DNA of 64,000 bases from Chloroflexota bacterium (GTDB lineage Bacteria > Chloroflexota > Anaerolineae > J036 > Brachytrichaceae): contig JAJYKL010000011.1 in assembly GCA_021788625.1 (NCBI GenBank), forward strand, positions 2,200-66,199, read 5' to 3'. The translations under genes and the position numbers were made by a program. Of the stretch, positions 56,374-64,000 are shown piece after piece. Under the pieces are notes generated by a model. It worked only from the letters and a program-made list of their open reading frames with translations. It ran no database searches and was not told the origin of the DNA. Every line of letters begins with the position of its first letter. Position 1 is the stretch's first letter.

Positions 56374-57141
56374 TTACGTGACAGCGACCATGTATCCGCC
56401 GTCGATGACGATCACCTGGCCACGAATCATGTAAGCATCGGAGCTGCATAAAAACGCCACGCAATTCGCTACGTCCTGCGGTTCGACGATGCGACCAGCA
56501 GGCGTGCGCTCCACTGCACCCTGAATCATGACGTCACGGCCCAGACTGAAATAGTTCAATGCATCAGTGGCTATGATGCCAGGTGAGACGGCGTTCACCA
56601 CAATGTTGTAACGGGCGAACTCCACGGCACAGTAGCGTGTCAACGCCTCAAGAGCACCCTTGGAGGCTCCAATGACTGCATAGTCCGGTAAAGTGCGAGC
56701 GCTGCCGATGCTGCTGATGTTGACGATGACTCCACCGCCGCGTTTCTGCATCAATGGCACAGCCTTCTGCGACGTGAAGAGAGCGGCGCGTGCATTAATG
56801 TTCATCGTCCAGTCCCAGCCTTTCACTTTCTGCTCCATCACCGGGCGCGCATAACCGGAAGCAGCATTGTTCACCAGGAAATCCAGGGCACCGCAGCTCG
56901 ATGCAATCTCCTCGAAGAGCCGGTCAATATCGTCCGGTTCACCTACGTCGGCCTTCACCAGCCATACGCGCCGGCCGAGTGCTTCAATTTCACGGGCGGT
57001 TTCCTCGGCTGCACTTCTCTTCCGCAAGTAGTGGACGACAACATCTGCACCGAGCCGGGCCAGGTGCAGTGCGGTAGCTTTGCCGATACCTCGACTGCTG
57101 CCAGTGACTAACGCGACCTTGTTACTGAAGTCGTAGGTCAT
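56374..57141 (-). CDS. fabL: Enoyl-[acyl-carrier-protein] reductase FabL (SDR, Y-x6-K)
   Basis: Near full-length resemblance to my recollection of B. subtilis FabL: VALVTGSSRGIGKA, FVNNAASG, WDWTMNINA, YAVIGASKGALEALTRY, NAVSPG and MIRGQVIVIDGG. The ATG at 57141 is preceded by AAGGA. Confidence 0.85.
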   Translation of the reverse strand: MTYDFSNKVALVTGSSRGIGKATALHLARLGADVVVHYLRKRSAAEETAREIEALGRRVWLVKADVGEPDDIDRLFEEIASSCGALDFLVNNAASGYARPVMEQKVKGWDWTMNINARAALFTSQKAVPLMQKRGGGVIVNISSIGSARTLPDYAVIGASKGALEALTRYCAVEFARYNIVVNAVSPGIIATDALNYFSLGRDVMIQGAVERTPAGRIVEPQDVANCVAFLCSSDAYMIRGQVIVIDGGYMVAVT

Positions 57142-57197
57142 TCGATATCCTTGCTGTTGTGTTGCGGGTGTTTGAACATTGATCGTCCTCTGCCATC

Positions 57198-57623
57198 TCA
57201 CGGCGCCTGCTTAATACGTATAGGTTTGAAAAACATCGGGTTGAAATCTGCAACATGCTGCGGGCCAAGTCGTTCCAGTTCCGCCTGGACGGCATGGGCA
57301 TCGGAGCGGAACCGGACTACATCCACGCCCTGGCAGATGTCGGGAAGTGGGTCCAGGTACTGCCAGGCGCGCTCAAACATCTTGTGGGCTCCCGCGTAGT
57401 TATGGCGCTGAATCTGGTAGTAAGCGACACCGATCTGCAAGATACCCTGATAAAGCTGGCGAACTGGTCCTGGTTCATTACGCCAGGCAGTCTCCAGAGT
57501 TTCGTGTTGCTCAAAAAAGGCCCACGCATTGAACTCGTGGATGCCTTTTAAGAGCAGGTCTGGAGGGGGCAGGGCAGACTGGCGCAGTAACTGTTCTTGT
57601 ACATCAGACTCAGCCATCGACAT
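57198..57623 (-). CDS. DUF309-domain protein
   Basis: FNAWAFFEQHETLETAWR...LYQGILQIGVAYYQIQRHNYAGA matches the DUF309 pattern. Confidence 0.65.
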   Translation of the reverse strand: MSMAESDVQEQLLRQSALPPPDLLLKGIHEFNAWAFFEQHETLETAWRNEPGPVRQLYQGILQIGVAYYQIQRHNYAGAHKMFERAWQYLDPLPDICQGVDVVRFRSDAHAVQAELERLGPQHVADFNPMFFKPIRIKQAP

Positions 57624-58440
57624 TCATTATCTCCATTTCCAACCATTGATCCTGTGAGGACGCGACGTACGCAAACTGGTAGTCGCCACCGTGGGCAACA
57701 GCCAGATAGTTGTCTACCCAGGCGGCGAACCCCAGTTCGATACGGGGAGGGCGAGGCGCGCTTAAAACCTGCGTACCATCCACACCCAACACAGCGTTTT
57801 GATCCAACCACTCAATCTCATAGTCATGCCACTGCGTCATATCGAGACGCAGTTGAGCTTCATGCGTTTGTACAGCAGCCTTGCCTGCAGACATAAGCAG
57901 ATACATCAAAGGTGTAAAGCGTCGAGCAGCCCGCAGGCTCAGGCCGGCCATGCGCACGAAAAAACTGGGCATCGTCCCACCCGTGAGCACAGTGGCTTTA
58001 AAGCCATGACCGGGAGTATTTCGCGCCAAACGCAGGTCTGATTCAGGTGAGCTGTAAAAAAACCAGACATTGCTGGGCGGTGCCAGCACGTCTCCATCAC
58101 GTGAGAACGGATGATTCCAAAATCCGAAACCAGCGGTTCCTTTCATTTGCGCATGTGAAAATCGCGCGTGGATGCGCAGATGTTGTGGGGGGCGATTGAT
58201 AAATCGCCTCGGCAGGCTATGATCGTAATCATCCAGTTGGGCGTCGGTGTAAGCATCCGCGCCAATCGAAGGAATAACCAGGCGGTAATGAAAGTCGTCG
58301 CATTCCACGCGCCCACCGTTCACCAGATGGTTACGCAACGCGGCCGTTTGCATGGTTCCATTATCGCGTAAGCACTGTTTTTCAAAGACAGTCGATAATG
58401 ACTGTCGAATTGGATCATCCCAGCAGGTGTCTTTTCCCAT
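57610..58440 (-). CDS. Hypothetical protein, possibly a concanavalin-A-like/GH16-like jelly roll
   Basis: YTDAQLDDYD, AGFGFWNHPF and WHDYEIEW motifs. The track ORF runs to 58809 but would overlap the convergently oriented lactonase gene. Candidate starts are 58440 and 58353. Confidence 0.4.
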   Translation of the reverse strand: MGKDTCWDDPIRQSLSTVFEKQCLRDNGTMQTAALRNHLVNGGRVECDDFHYRLVIPSIGADAYTDAQLDDYDHSLPRRFINRPPQHLRIHARFSHAQMKGTAGFGFWNHPFSRDGDVLAPPSNVWFFYSSPESDLRLARNTPGHGFKATVLTGGTMPSFFVRMAGLSLRAARRFTPLMYLLMSAGKAAVQTHEAQLRLDMTQWHDYEIEWLDQNAVLGVDGTQVLSAPRPPRIELGFAAWVDNYLAVAHGGDYQFAYVASSQDQWLEMEIMNVDG

Positions 58441-58544
58441 TCCATGGATGGCGGTGTAAAACTCACCCGTACATCTGTTTGGCAATCGTGCAGGCGTGGC
58501 GATCGCCTTAACGATTGCGGCGCCATGAATAGCGAGGCATACAT

Positions 58545-59648
58545 ATGACAGAAGCAGCTCGTCGTCCTGACGATCTGATCGTGTTTGTTGGCACTTATAA
58601 CACGCAGGGGACAAAGTCGGATAACGGTCTATACCTGTACTACCTGGACCTGTCCACTGGTGCATTGCGGCTGGGAGGCGCTGCCAGGTCGTTGAATCCA
58701 TCGTTCCTGACAGTCGATCCGACGCAACGCTTCCTATATACCGTGAATGAGACGATGCAGTGGGACGGGCAGACTGGCGGTGGGGTAAGTGCCTATTCAC
58801 TGGACCCACAGACGGCTGAGCCGATGCTGCTCAACCAGCAGCCATCAAAGGGAGGCGCACCCTGTTATATCAGCATCGATACTGCCCGGCGTTTCGCTTT
58901 TTTGGTGAACTATGGGCAGGGCAACGTAATTATGCTGCCAATCCTGCCGGATGGACGCCTGGCACCTGCATCAGACGCCATACAGCACCATGGCTCCAGT
59001 GCCAACCCGAGAAGGCAGGAAGGACCGCATACGCACTCCATTGTGCTTGATCCATCTCAACAGTTCGCACTGGTTTCGGACCTGGGCACCGATACCGTCA
59101 CGGTCTATGCGATCGATTACGAACATGGCAAGCTCACGTACAGGTCCCAGTGGAAGGCACAGCCAGGTGCCGGGCCTCGCCATCTGACATTTCACCCCAA
59201 TGGCCATTTTGCCTACCTGATCCAGGAGGTAAACTCAACCATCACGGCGTTCGCCTACCACTCTGAGACAGGTACGCTGGAGGAGCTGCAAACCGTGTCG
59301 GCACTTCCGAAGGACTTTCACGGCGAGAGCACCGGGGCTGAGGTGCGGGTCAGCCCATCGGGAAAGTTCCTATACGGTTCCAATCGCGGAGACGACAGCA
59401 TCGTTCAATACACCATCGACGAGGCAACCGGAAAACTGATGTACGTGGCTCACCACTCGTCAGGTGGCCGGACACCCCGCAATTTCACCATCGATCCGAC
59501 TGGCACGATCATGCTGGTGGCGAACCAGGATACAAGCAACATCGTCAGTTACCACATTGATGAACAGACGGGCAGGTTGCAACCCACAGGTAACATTACA
59601 CAGGTGAACCGGCCTGTGTGTGTCAGGATCATACGTTGGCAGCTTTGA
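58545..59648 (+). CDS. Lactonase-family 7-bladed beta-propeller (6-phosphogluconolactonase-like)
   Basis: VFVGTYNTQG...GLYLYYLDLSTGAL, recurring blade motifs, and HTHSIVLDPS. GAGG upstream. Confidence 0.8.
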   Translation: MTEAARRPDDLIVFVGTYNTQGTKSDNGLYLYYLDLSTGALRLGGAARSLNPSFLTVDPTQRFLYTVNETMQWDGQTGGGVSAYSLDPQTAEPMLLNQQPSKGGAPCYISIDTARRFAFLVNYGQGNVIMLPILPDGRLAPASDAIQHHGSSANPRRQEGPHTHSIVLDPSQQFALVSDLGTDTVTVYAIDYEHGKLTYRSQWKAQPGAGPRHLTFHPNGHFAYLIQEVNSTITAFAYHSETGTLEELQTVSALPKDFHGESTGAEVRVSPSGKFLYGSNRGDDSIVQYTIDEATGKLMYVAHHSSGGRTPRNFTIDPTGTIMLVANQDTSNIVSYHIDEQTGRLQPTGNITQVNRPVCVRIIRWQL

Positions 59649-59689
59649 GGACACCTTGCTCAAGTAGCTGCGCCTGATTAGGAAGAGAA

Positions 59690-60433
59690 ATGGAGAAAAT
59701 AGAAACACCTGATATCGTCCGTCCCCCAAAGGAGCTGGTAGAAAAGCTGGCGCATATTGGCAGTGCCACTACCGCGGGCGAGTTACACCGTTTGGGTATC
59801 CGCGATCCGCACCTGCATGGCCCGGTGGCCTGGACGCACGGCAAGACGGTCGTCGGCCCTGCCCTGACGCTTCAGTTTATGCCAAAGCGCGAAGACCTGT
59901 ATGGCGAAGCAGAATACAGTGATCCGGAACGGCAGTTACACCGGCACGTGCTATACCACACTCAACCAGGCGATATCGTGGTGGTGGATGCACGAGGTGA
60001 CATGGCTAGTGGAGTATTCGGTGGCATGATGTTGACCTACTTCAAGGGCAAAGGTGGCGCCGGGGTTGTAATTGACGGATGCATCCGCGACTGGCCGCAA
60101 GTGCAGGAGCTCGATCTGGGGCTGTGGATTCGGGGCGTGACGCCGAACTATCATACGCAGACTAATATAGTTCCCTTTGCCGTAAATAGTCCCATCGCAT
60201 GTGGTGCTGTGCTGGTCATGCCTGGAGACCTCATCGTAGCAGACGACGATGGCGTAGTGGTGGTGCCGATCAAATTGGCGCCTGAGTTGCTGGTGCGAGC
60301 CAGCCAGCACCGTGAATGGGAGGAATTTACCCGGTTGCGCCTGCTGCAAGGGGGCGAGTTAAGAAAGTATTACCCCCTCACCGACGAAGCACGCGTCGAA
60401 TATGAGGAATGGCGTAAACAACAAGGCAAGTAA
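59690..60433 (+). CDS. RraA-family protein / HMG-CHA aldolase-like
   Basis: GDIVVVDARGDMASGVFGGMMLTYFKGKGGAGVVIDGCIRD and GDLIVADDDGVVVVP motifs. Confidence 0.8.
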   Translation: MEKIETPDIVRPPKELVEKLAHIGSATTAGELHRLGIRDPHLHGPVAWTHGKTVVGPALTLQFMPKREDLYGEAEYSDPERQLHRHVLYHTQPGDIVVVDARGDMASGVFGGMMLTYFKGKGGAGVVIDGCIRDWPQVQELDLGLWIRGVTPNYHTQTNIVPFAVNSPIACGAVLVMPGDLIVADDDGVVVVPIKLAPELLVRASQHREWEEFTRLRLLQGGELRKYYPLTDEARVEYEEWRKQQGK

Positions 60434-60521
60434 ATATTGATGCTCCTGCGCAGCTCCTCCATGATTGCCGCGTATACAGCAACCAGACCCTCTTCAATCC
60501 AGGCATCTTCAGCTTCACCAA

Positions 60522-60546
60522 CTGGCGGCGATTCCTATGCCGCCAG
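60522..60546. terminator. GC-rich 8-bp hairpin between convergent genes (possible terminator, no U-tract)
   Basis: ctggcggc - gattcctat - gccgccag, between the RraA-like stop (60433) and the argH stop (60588). Confidence 0.3.
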
Positions 60547-60587
60547 TGTGCGCTGCCTGAGCAAATGCCTGGAAGCAGCTTGAATGC

Positions 60588-61991
60588 TTAGTGAAGGTTC
60601 CGTCCTTCGGGGAGCGGATGTGCCGTGAGCCACTGGTGGGCGAGGTCGATTTGTTCGCGTATAGCCCGCAGCGACGTACCACCCGCCACGTCCCGAGAGT
60701 CCACCGACTTCGCAAAGTTGAACACGTTGCGGACATCAGGAGTCAGGAGTGGTGAAAGGCTTTGCCAGTCGCTGTCAGTGAGCTGGCTCAACAAAATCCC
60801 ATGTTGTTCAGCCAACGCTACGGCTCGTCCGCTCAGATGATGTGCCTGACGGAAGGGCAGACCCTTGCGTACCAGATATTCAGCAACGTCCGTCGCAAGC
60901 ATGGCAGGATCCAGGTCAGCGCGCATTCGATCCTCGTTGACGCGCAAGGTACGAACCGCTCCTGCGACGGCGGGCAGGACCAGGGCTAGCGTGTCGAGTG
61001 AATCGAACAGGGGTTCCTTATCCTCCTGTAAATCCTTATCGTACGACATGGGCAGACCTTTAAGCATGGACAGGAGTGAGACCAGGTTACCCAGCAGGCG
61101 ACCGCTCTTGCCACGGCTCAGTTCCATCGCATCGGGGTTCTTCTTCTGTGGCATCAGGCTCGAGCCAGTGGAGTAGGCGTCGTCAAAGCTGATAAAGCCG
61201 AACTCAGACGTAGAGTAGATCACCAGATCTTCAGCCAGCCGGCTAAGGTGTGTGCCGATCAAGGCGCAGTCAAATAGCAACTCGGCAGCAAAGTCACGAT
61301 CACTCACTCCATCGAGACTGTTCGGACTGATGTCGTGAAAACCGAGTGCGCGTGCCAGTGCTGCGCGGTCAATGGGAAAGGGGTTGCCAGCCAAGGCACC
61401 CGATCCGAGCGGCAGTACCGCGGTGCGTCGAGAGCAGTCATCCAGGCGCTCGCGATCACGTGTGAACATCCAGAAGTAAGCCAGCAGGAAGTGAGCAAAA
61501 GTGACCGGCTGGGCGCGCTGCAGATGTGTGAAACCGGGCAGGAGTGTCTGCCCATGCACCTCGGCCCTGGTGAGTAAAGTCTCCTGTAAGGAAATGAGGT
61601 GAGCCTGTAGTTGTGCGATCTCGTCCAGGGCGTGCAGGCGCAGATCGGTGGCCACCTGATCATTGCGGCTGCGCCCCGTATGCAGCTTGCCCGCTACGTC
61701 ACCCAGTAATTCCTTGAGACGGCGCTCCACGGCTGTGTGGATGTCTTCGTCCGCCGGCTGCACGGCGAAGGTGTTGTGCTCAAACTCCAGATACACTTGC
61801 TGGAGACCTTGTATGAGCTGAGCCGACTCGTCATGGGTGAGGATGCCTGCTTCGGCAAGCGCGGCAGCGTATGCCACGCTGCCGCGAATATCGGCGCCCC
61901 ACAGGCGAATGTCGAACGAGATCGAGTTGTTGAGCCGTGCCATCACGTCATCCATCGAGCCGTTGAAACGACCACCCCAGAGGAGAGTCAT
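60588..61991 (-). CDS. argH: Argininosuccinate lyase
   Basis: MTLLWGGRFNG start at ATG 61991, HTGRSRNDQV, and the signature GSSLMPQKKNPD. The track ORF extends to 62129. Confidence 0.95.
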   Translation of the reverse strand: MTLLWGGRFNGSMDDVMARLNNSISFDIRLWGADIRGSVAYAAALAEAGILTHDESAQLIQGLQQVYLEFEHNTFAVQPADEDIHTAVERRLKELLGDVAGKLHTGRSRNDQVATDLRLHALDEIAQLQAHLISLQETLLTRAEVHGQTLLPGFTHLQRAQPVTFAHFLLAYFWMFTRDRERLDDCSRRTAVLPLGSGALAGNPFPIDRAALARALGFHDISPNSLDGVSDRDFAAELLFDCALIGTHLSRLAEDLVIYSTSEFGFISFDDAYSTGSSLMPQKKNPDAMELSRGKSGRLLGNLVSLLSMLKGLPMSYDKDLQEDKEPLFDSLDTLALVLPAVAGAVRTLRVNEDRMRADLDPAMLATDVAEYLVRKGLPFRQAHHLSGRAVALAEQHGILLSQLTDSDWQSLSPLLTPDVRNVFNFAKSVDSRDVAGGTSLRAIREQIDLAHQWLTAHPLPEGRNLH

Positions 61992-61998
61992 ACTGAGG

Positions 61999-62769
61999 TT
62001 ACTCCCTATCGGTGTGCACGGTGGCACGGTCGCGCTCTTCCAGGGGGCGCTGGCGGAAGTCGGGTGCGTTATCTTCGATGACCATAGAGACCGCCGTGTC
62101 CTGCATGCGTGAAGCGATGCGCGGATCAAATGCCTCCAGCGCGCAGTTTGTCACGATCATGGTCGGCAGGCGGTTGCGATAACGATAATCCAGCACTTCG
62201 AAGAGGACCGCATCTGACCAGTCGGAGTTGCCTTCGGCCCCCAGGTCATCCAAAATCAGGATGGGTGCCGATTTGAAGGTACGCAGACGACCCGAATAGC
62301 TTTCCTGCTCCGTATTGGTCTGTAAATCCATAGCCTGACGAAGAGCAGCCAGTAAATCGGGCATGGTAATGAATAACGCTGCCACGCCGGCATTCACCAG
62401 ATGGTTAGCCACGGCGGCACACAGATGCGTTTTGCCGTTGCCGCGGCGTCCCCATAGCACCAGCCAGCGGTGGTCGGGCTCGTTGGCAAATTGTTCAGCC
62501 GAATCTAGGCAATCACGCAAGAACTCATCCTCTTTGCCATGGAATACCGTTTTAAAGTTAAAAAACGTTTGCGTTAAGGCCGCTCCGTTGCGAGACGAAT
62601 AAGCGTCCACGGCGCGGACTTTCCAGGTCTGAGCCACACCGCATTGAGGGCACGGCTTCAGGCTCCCTTGCGCATCCAGCACATAACGCCGGTTGCCACA
62701 GTAGTCACAGTCGGGACCGCCATCGCCTGGGGGAATACGCGCATCAGGGCTGCTGAGTGACTCAGTCAT
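61999..62769 (-). CDS. DnaC/DnaI/IstB-like AAA+ helicase loader with an N-terminal zinc ribbon
   Basis: CDYCGNRRY...CPQCG ribbon. Walker A LWGRRGNGKTHL and Walker B ILILDDLGAE. The ATG at 62769 overlaps the upstream stop by 8 nt. The gene ends 7 nt before the argH start. Confidence 0.8.
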   Translation of the reverse strand: MTESLSSPDARIPPGDGGPDCDYCGNRRYVLDAQGSLKPCPQCGVAQTWKVRAVDAYSSRNGAALTQTFFNFKTVFHGKEDEFLRDCLDSAEQFANEPDHRWLVLWGRRGNGKTHLCAAVANHLVNAGVAALFITMPDLLAALRQAMDLQTNTEQESYSGRLRTFKSAPILILDDLGAEGNSDWSDAVLFEVLDYRYRNRLPTMIVTNCALEAFDPRIASRMQDTAVSMVIEDNAPDFRQRPLEERDRATVHTDRE

Positions 62770-63958
62770 GGGCTCCGTTCCTTCTGTTGGGCGTATCCCG
62801 ACGGGTGCGTTCCTCAATACGCTTTCGAGCGCGCGCTCGAGAGGCTTCGAGTTCCTCTTCGGTGGGTTCGCCGACTTGCGGCCGGCGACTGACGCCACCC
62901 CGTCTCGTTCCTGTTCCTTGCCTTCGTTTGCCATTCCGGTCCTCGCTCCCGGCCTTTCTGGATGGTCCAAGGAGCGTTTTTTTAATGTAATCCCATCGTA
63001 GCGCATTCGCTTGAGCTGCCTTGTCGACAGCATTCGTCCAGCGGTTCTGATCAGTGATCTGTAGCGCTAATTCATTAATCTCGCGCGCTACGAAAAGGTC
63101 CAGCACGCCACGGCTGACACGGCGTTTATAGAGCTGGAACGCAAACTGAGCGATCTCGTTGACCGGCGCTGGTTCGAAGATTGCGGGAGATGGGTTAAGC
63201 AGCAGTTTGCGTACATAGTTCCACTCACGTTTATTCTGAGTGGCCGCGTAGCGGAATACATTCTGCCAGACCTCTATGTCTTTTACAGTTTCCGTTAGCT
63301 CCGTGATTTCATTTGCAATCCGAGATGTGGGTGGCAAACCGAAGGTGGTCTCATAAAGCTGGATAAGAGTGCGCACCATCAGGTCGGGTTGTATCTGCGC
63401 GTGGGCCAATGCGATCTCAACCTGCTCCCGCTCAGCCAGGAGTGGCAGCAAAGAGTGAACGTCCGCGCGCTGTCGTGTCACCAGGCGCTTCAGTGTATCG
63501 ATGACAGAACCTGAGCTGTACAAGCTCACAGCTGCCTGGATCAGGTTATATTCGCGCCCATTAGGCCACCGGCCGGCCAGTTCCCGAAACGCCACCACTT
63601 CGTCGGGTGGCGGTTCGCTGCGCGCTATAACGCTACGGTAGTAGGACGTTGGCTCTTCGGGGGGTTGTGCTGTGACTTGCTGAGCACAGCTACTCAGGGA
63701 GCGGGGTGGAGTACCGCGTGGGCGGGGCGTATGCAATGCCTCGCGGATGCTGCGTACGATCGCCTCGGGCGTGTAACCTTGTGCCAGCCATTCCTCAAGG
63801 ATCTGTTCATCGGCGGAACTGGGGGAATATGCTTCGATTGACTCCAGCCACTCGATATCCCTGGTGACAATGCTTAACACATGATCGAAGCCACGTTGCG
63901 TGTCATTCGAGCGGCTAGCTTCGTGATGGTTTTCTGCCATCTCGAGCGCCTCGATCAA
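62762..63958 (-). CDS. DnaD-domain-like replication protein (two DnaD C-terminal-like repeats, basic tail)
   Basis: Internal repeat WQNVFRYAATQNKREWNYVRKLLLNP versus WTNAVDKAAQANALRWDYIKKTLLGP. Arg/Lys-rich C-terminus. The frame stays open up to nt 64000, so the true start (TTG 63958, ATG 63940, or beyond the window) is unresolved. Confidence 0.55.
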   Translation of the reverse strand: MIEALEMAENHHEASRSNDTQRGFDHVLSIVTRDIEWLESIEAYSPSSADEQILEEWLAQGYTPEAIVRSIREALHTPRPRGTPPRSLSSCAQQVTAQPPEEPTSYYRSVIARSEPPPDEVVAFRELAGRWPNGREYNLIQAAVSLYSSGSVIDTLKRLVTRQRADVHSLLPLLAEREQVEIALAHAQIQPDLMVRTLIQLYETTFGLPPTSRIANEITELTETVKDIEVWQNVFRYAATQNKREWNYVRKLLLNPSPAIFEPAPVNEIAQFAFQLYKRRVSRGVLDLFVAREINELALQITDQNRWTNAVDKAAQANALRWDYIKKTLLGPSRKAGSEDRNGKRRQGTGTRRGGVSRRPQVGEPTEEELEASRARARKRIEERTRRDTPNRRNGAHD

Positions 63959-64000
63959 CCGCCGGCTGGCCTCGTTATTGTGGAAGTAGCGGGTTTCGTC

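Noticed and set aside
58441-58809. The upstream part of track ORF 57610..58809, which would give a 399-aa protein.
   Set aside because: It would overlap the well-supported plus-strand lactonase gene (58545 onward) by more than 260 nt, and its sequence is Arg/Ser/Pro-rich and non-globular. Internal ATGs at 58440 or 58353 are more plausible starts.
61999-64000. The DnaD-like/DnaC-like pair read as the edge of a prophage or IS21-type element.
   Set aside because: There is no integrase, IstA-type transposase, tRNA or terminal repeat in view, and the pair is packed 7 nt from argH in the same orientation. This cannot be fully excluded without the sequence beyond nt 64000, so it stays listed as a finding to check.

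Overview
This is a gene-dense chromosomal segment with about 60 protein-coding genes, tight spacing and many 4-8 nt overlaps. GC content looks mid-50s percent by eye. I found no rRNA, tRNA, CRISPR array, transposase or integrase. Thr/Pro-rich linkers, ribosomal proteins with long tails and the overall gene content suggest a Chloroflexota (Ktedonobacteria-like) organism, but that is a low-confidence inference.

Most of the content is housekeeping:
- **Stringent response and central metabolism:** rel (5' part only), pfkA, rpiB, argH, proB, lipA, fabL.
- **Translation:** the rplU-rpmA-rpmE operon and rlmI.
- **DNA and cell envelope:** yebC-ruvC-ruvA, murJ, dgkA.
- **Cofactor maturation:** larB-larE-larC (nickel-pincer cofactor) and an fmdE-like/fdhD/mobA molybdenum cofactor cluster.

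I see no recognisable defence island or mobile element, so the second-look items are unusual protein architectures and gene couplings:
1. A single 1059-codon ORF fuses serine hydroxymethyltransferase to a full glycine-cleavage T protein through a degenerate T-like middle segment.
2. A B12-type diol/glycerol dehydratase has its large and medium subunits fused (755 aa) and a separate small subunit. No reactivase or microcompartment genes are present, and the locus is flanked by the two longest non-coding gaps in the window.
3. A tightly packed minus-strand block runs lipA, esterase, UPF0104 flippase-like protein, FAD oxidoreductase, sulfatase.
4. larBEC has no larA-type client gene in the window.
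5. A TctA/DUF112-like permease is translationally coupled to mobA.
6. An orphan Cas4-like PD-(D/E)XK nuclease carries an N-terminal membrane helix.
7. Smaller oddities are a roughly 104-aa insert in the Rel synthetase domain, C-terminal tails on L21, L27 and L31, and an S41 peptidase homologue that seems to lack the Ser/Lys dyad.

All functional calls come from reading motifs by eye in the translations. No database search was run.
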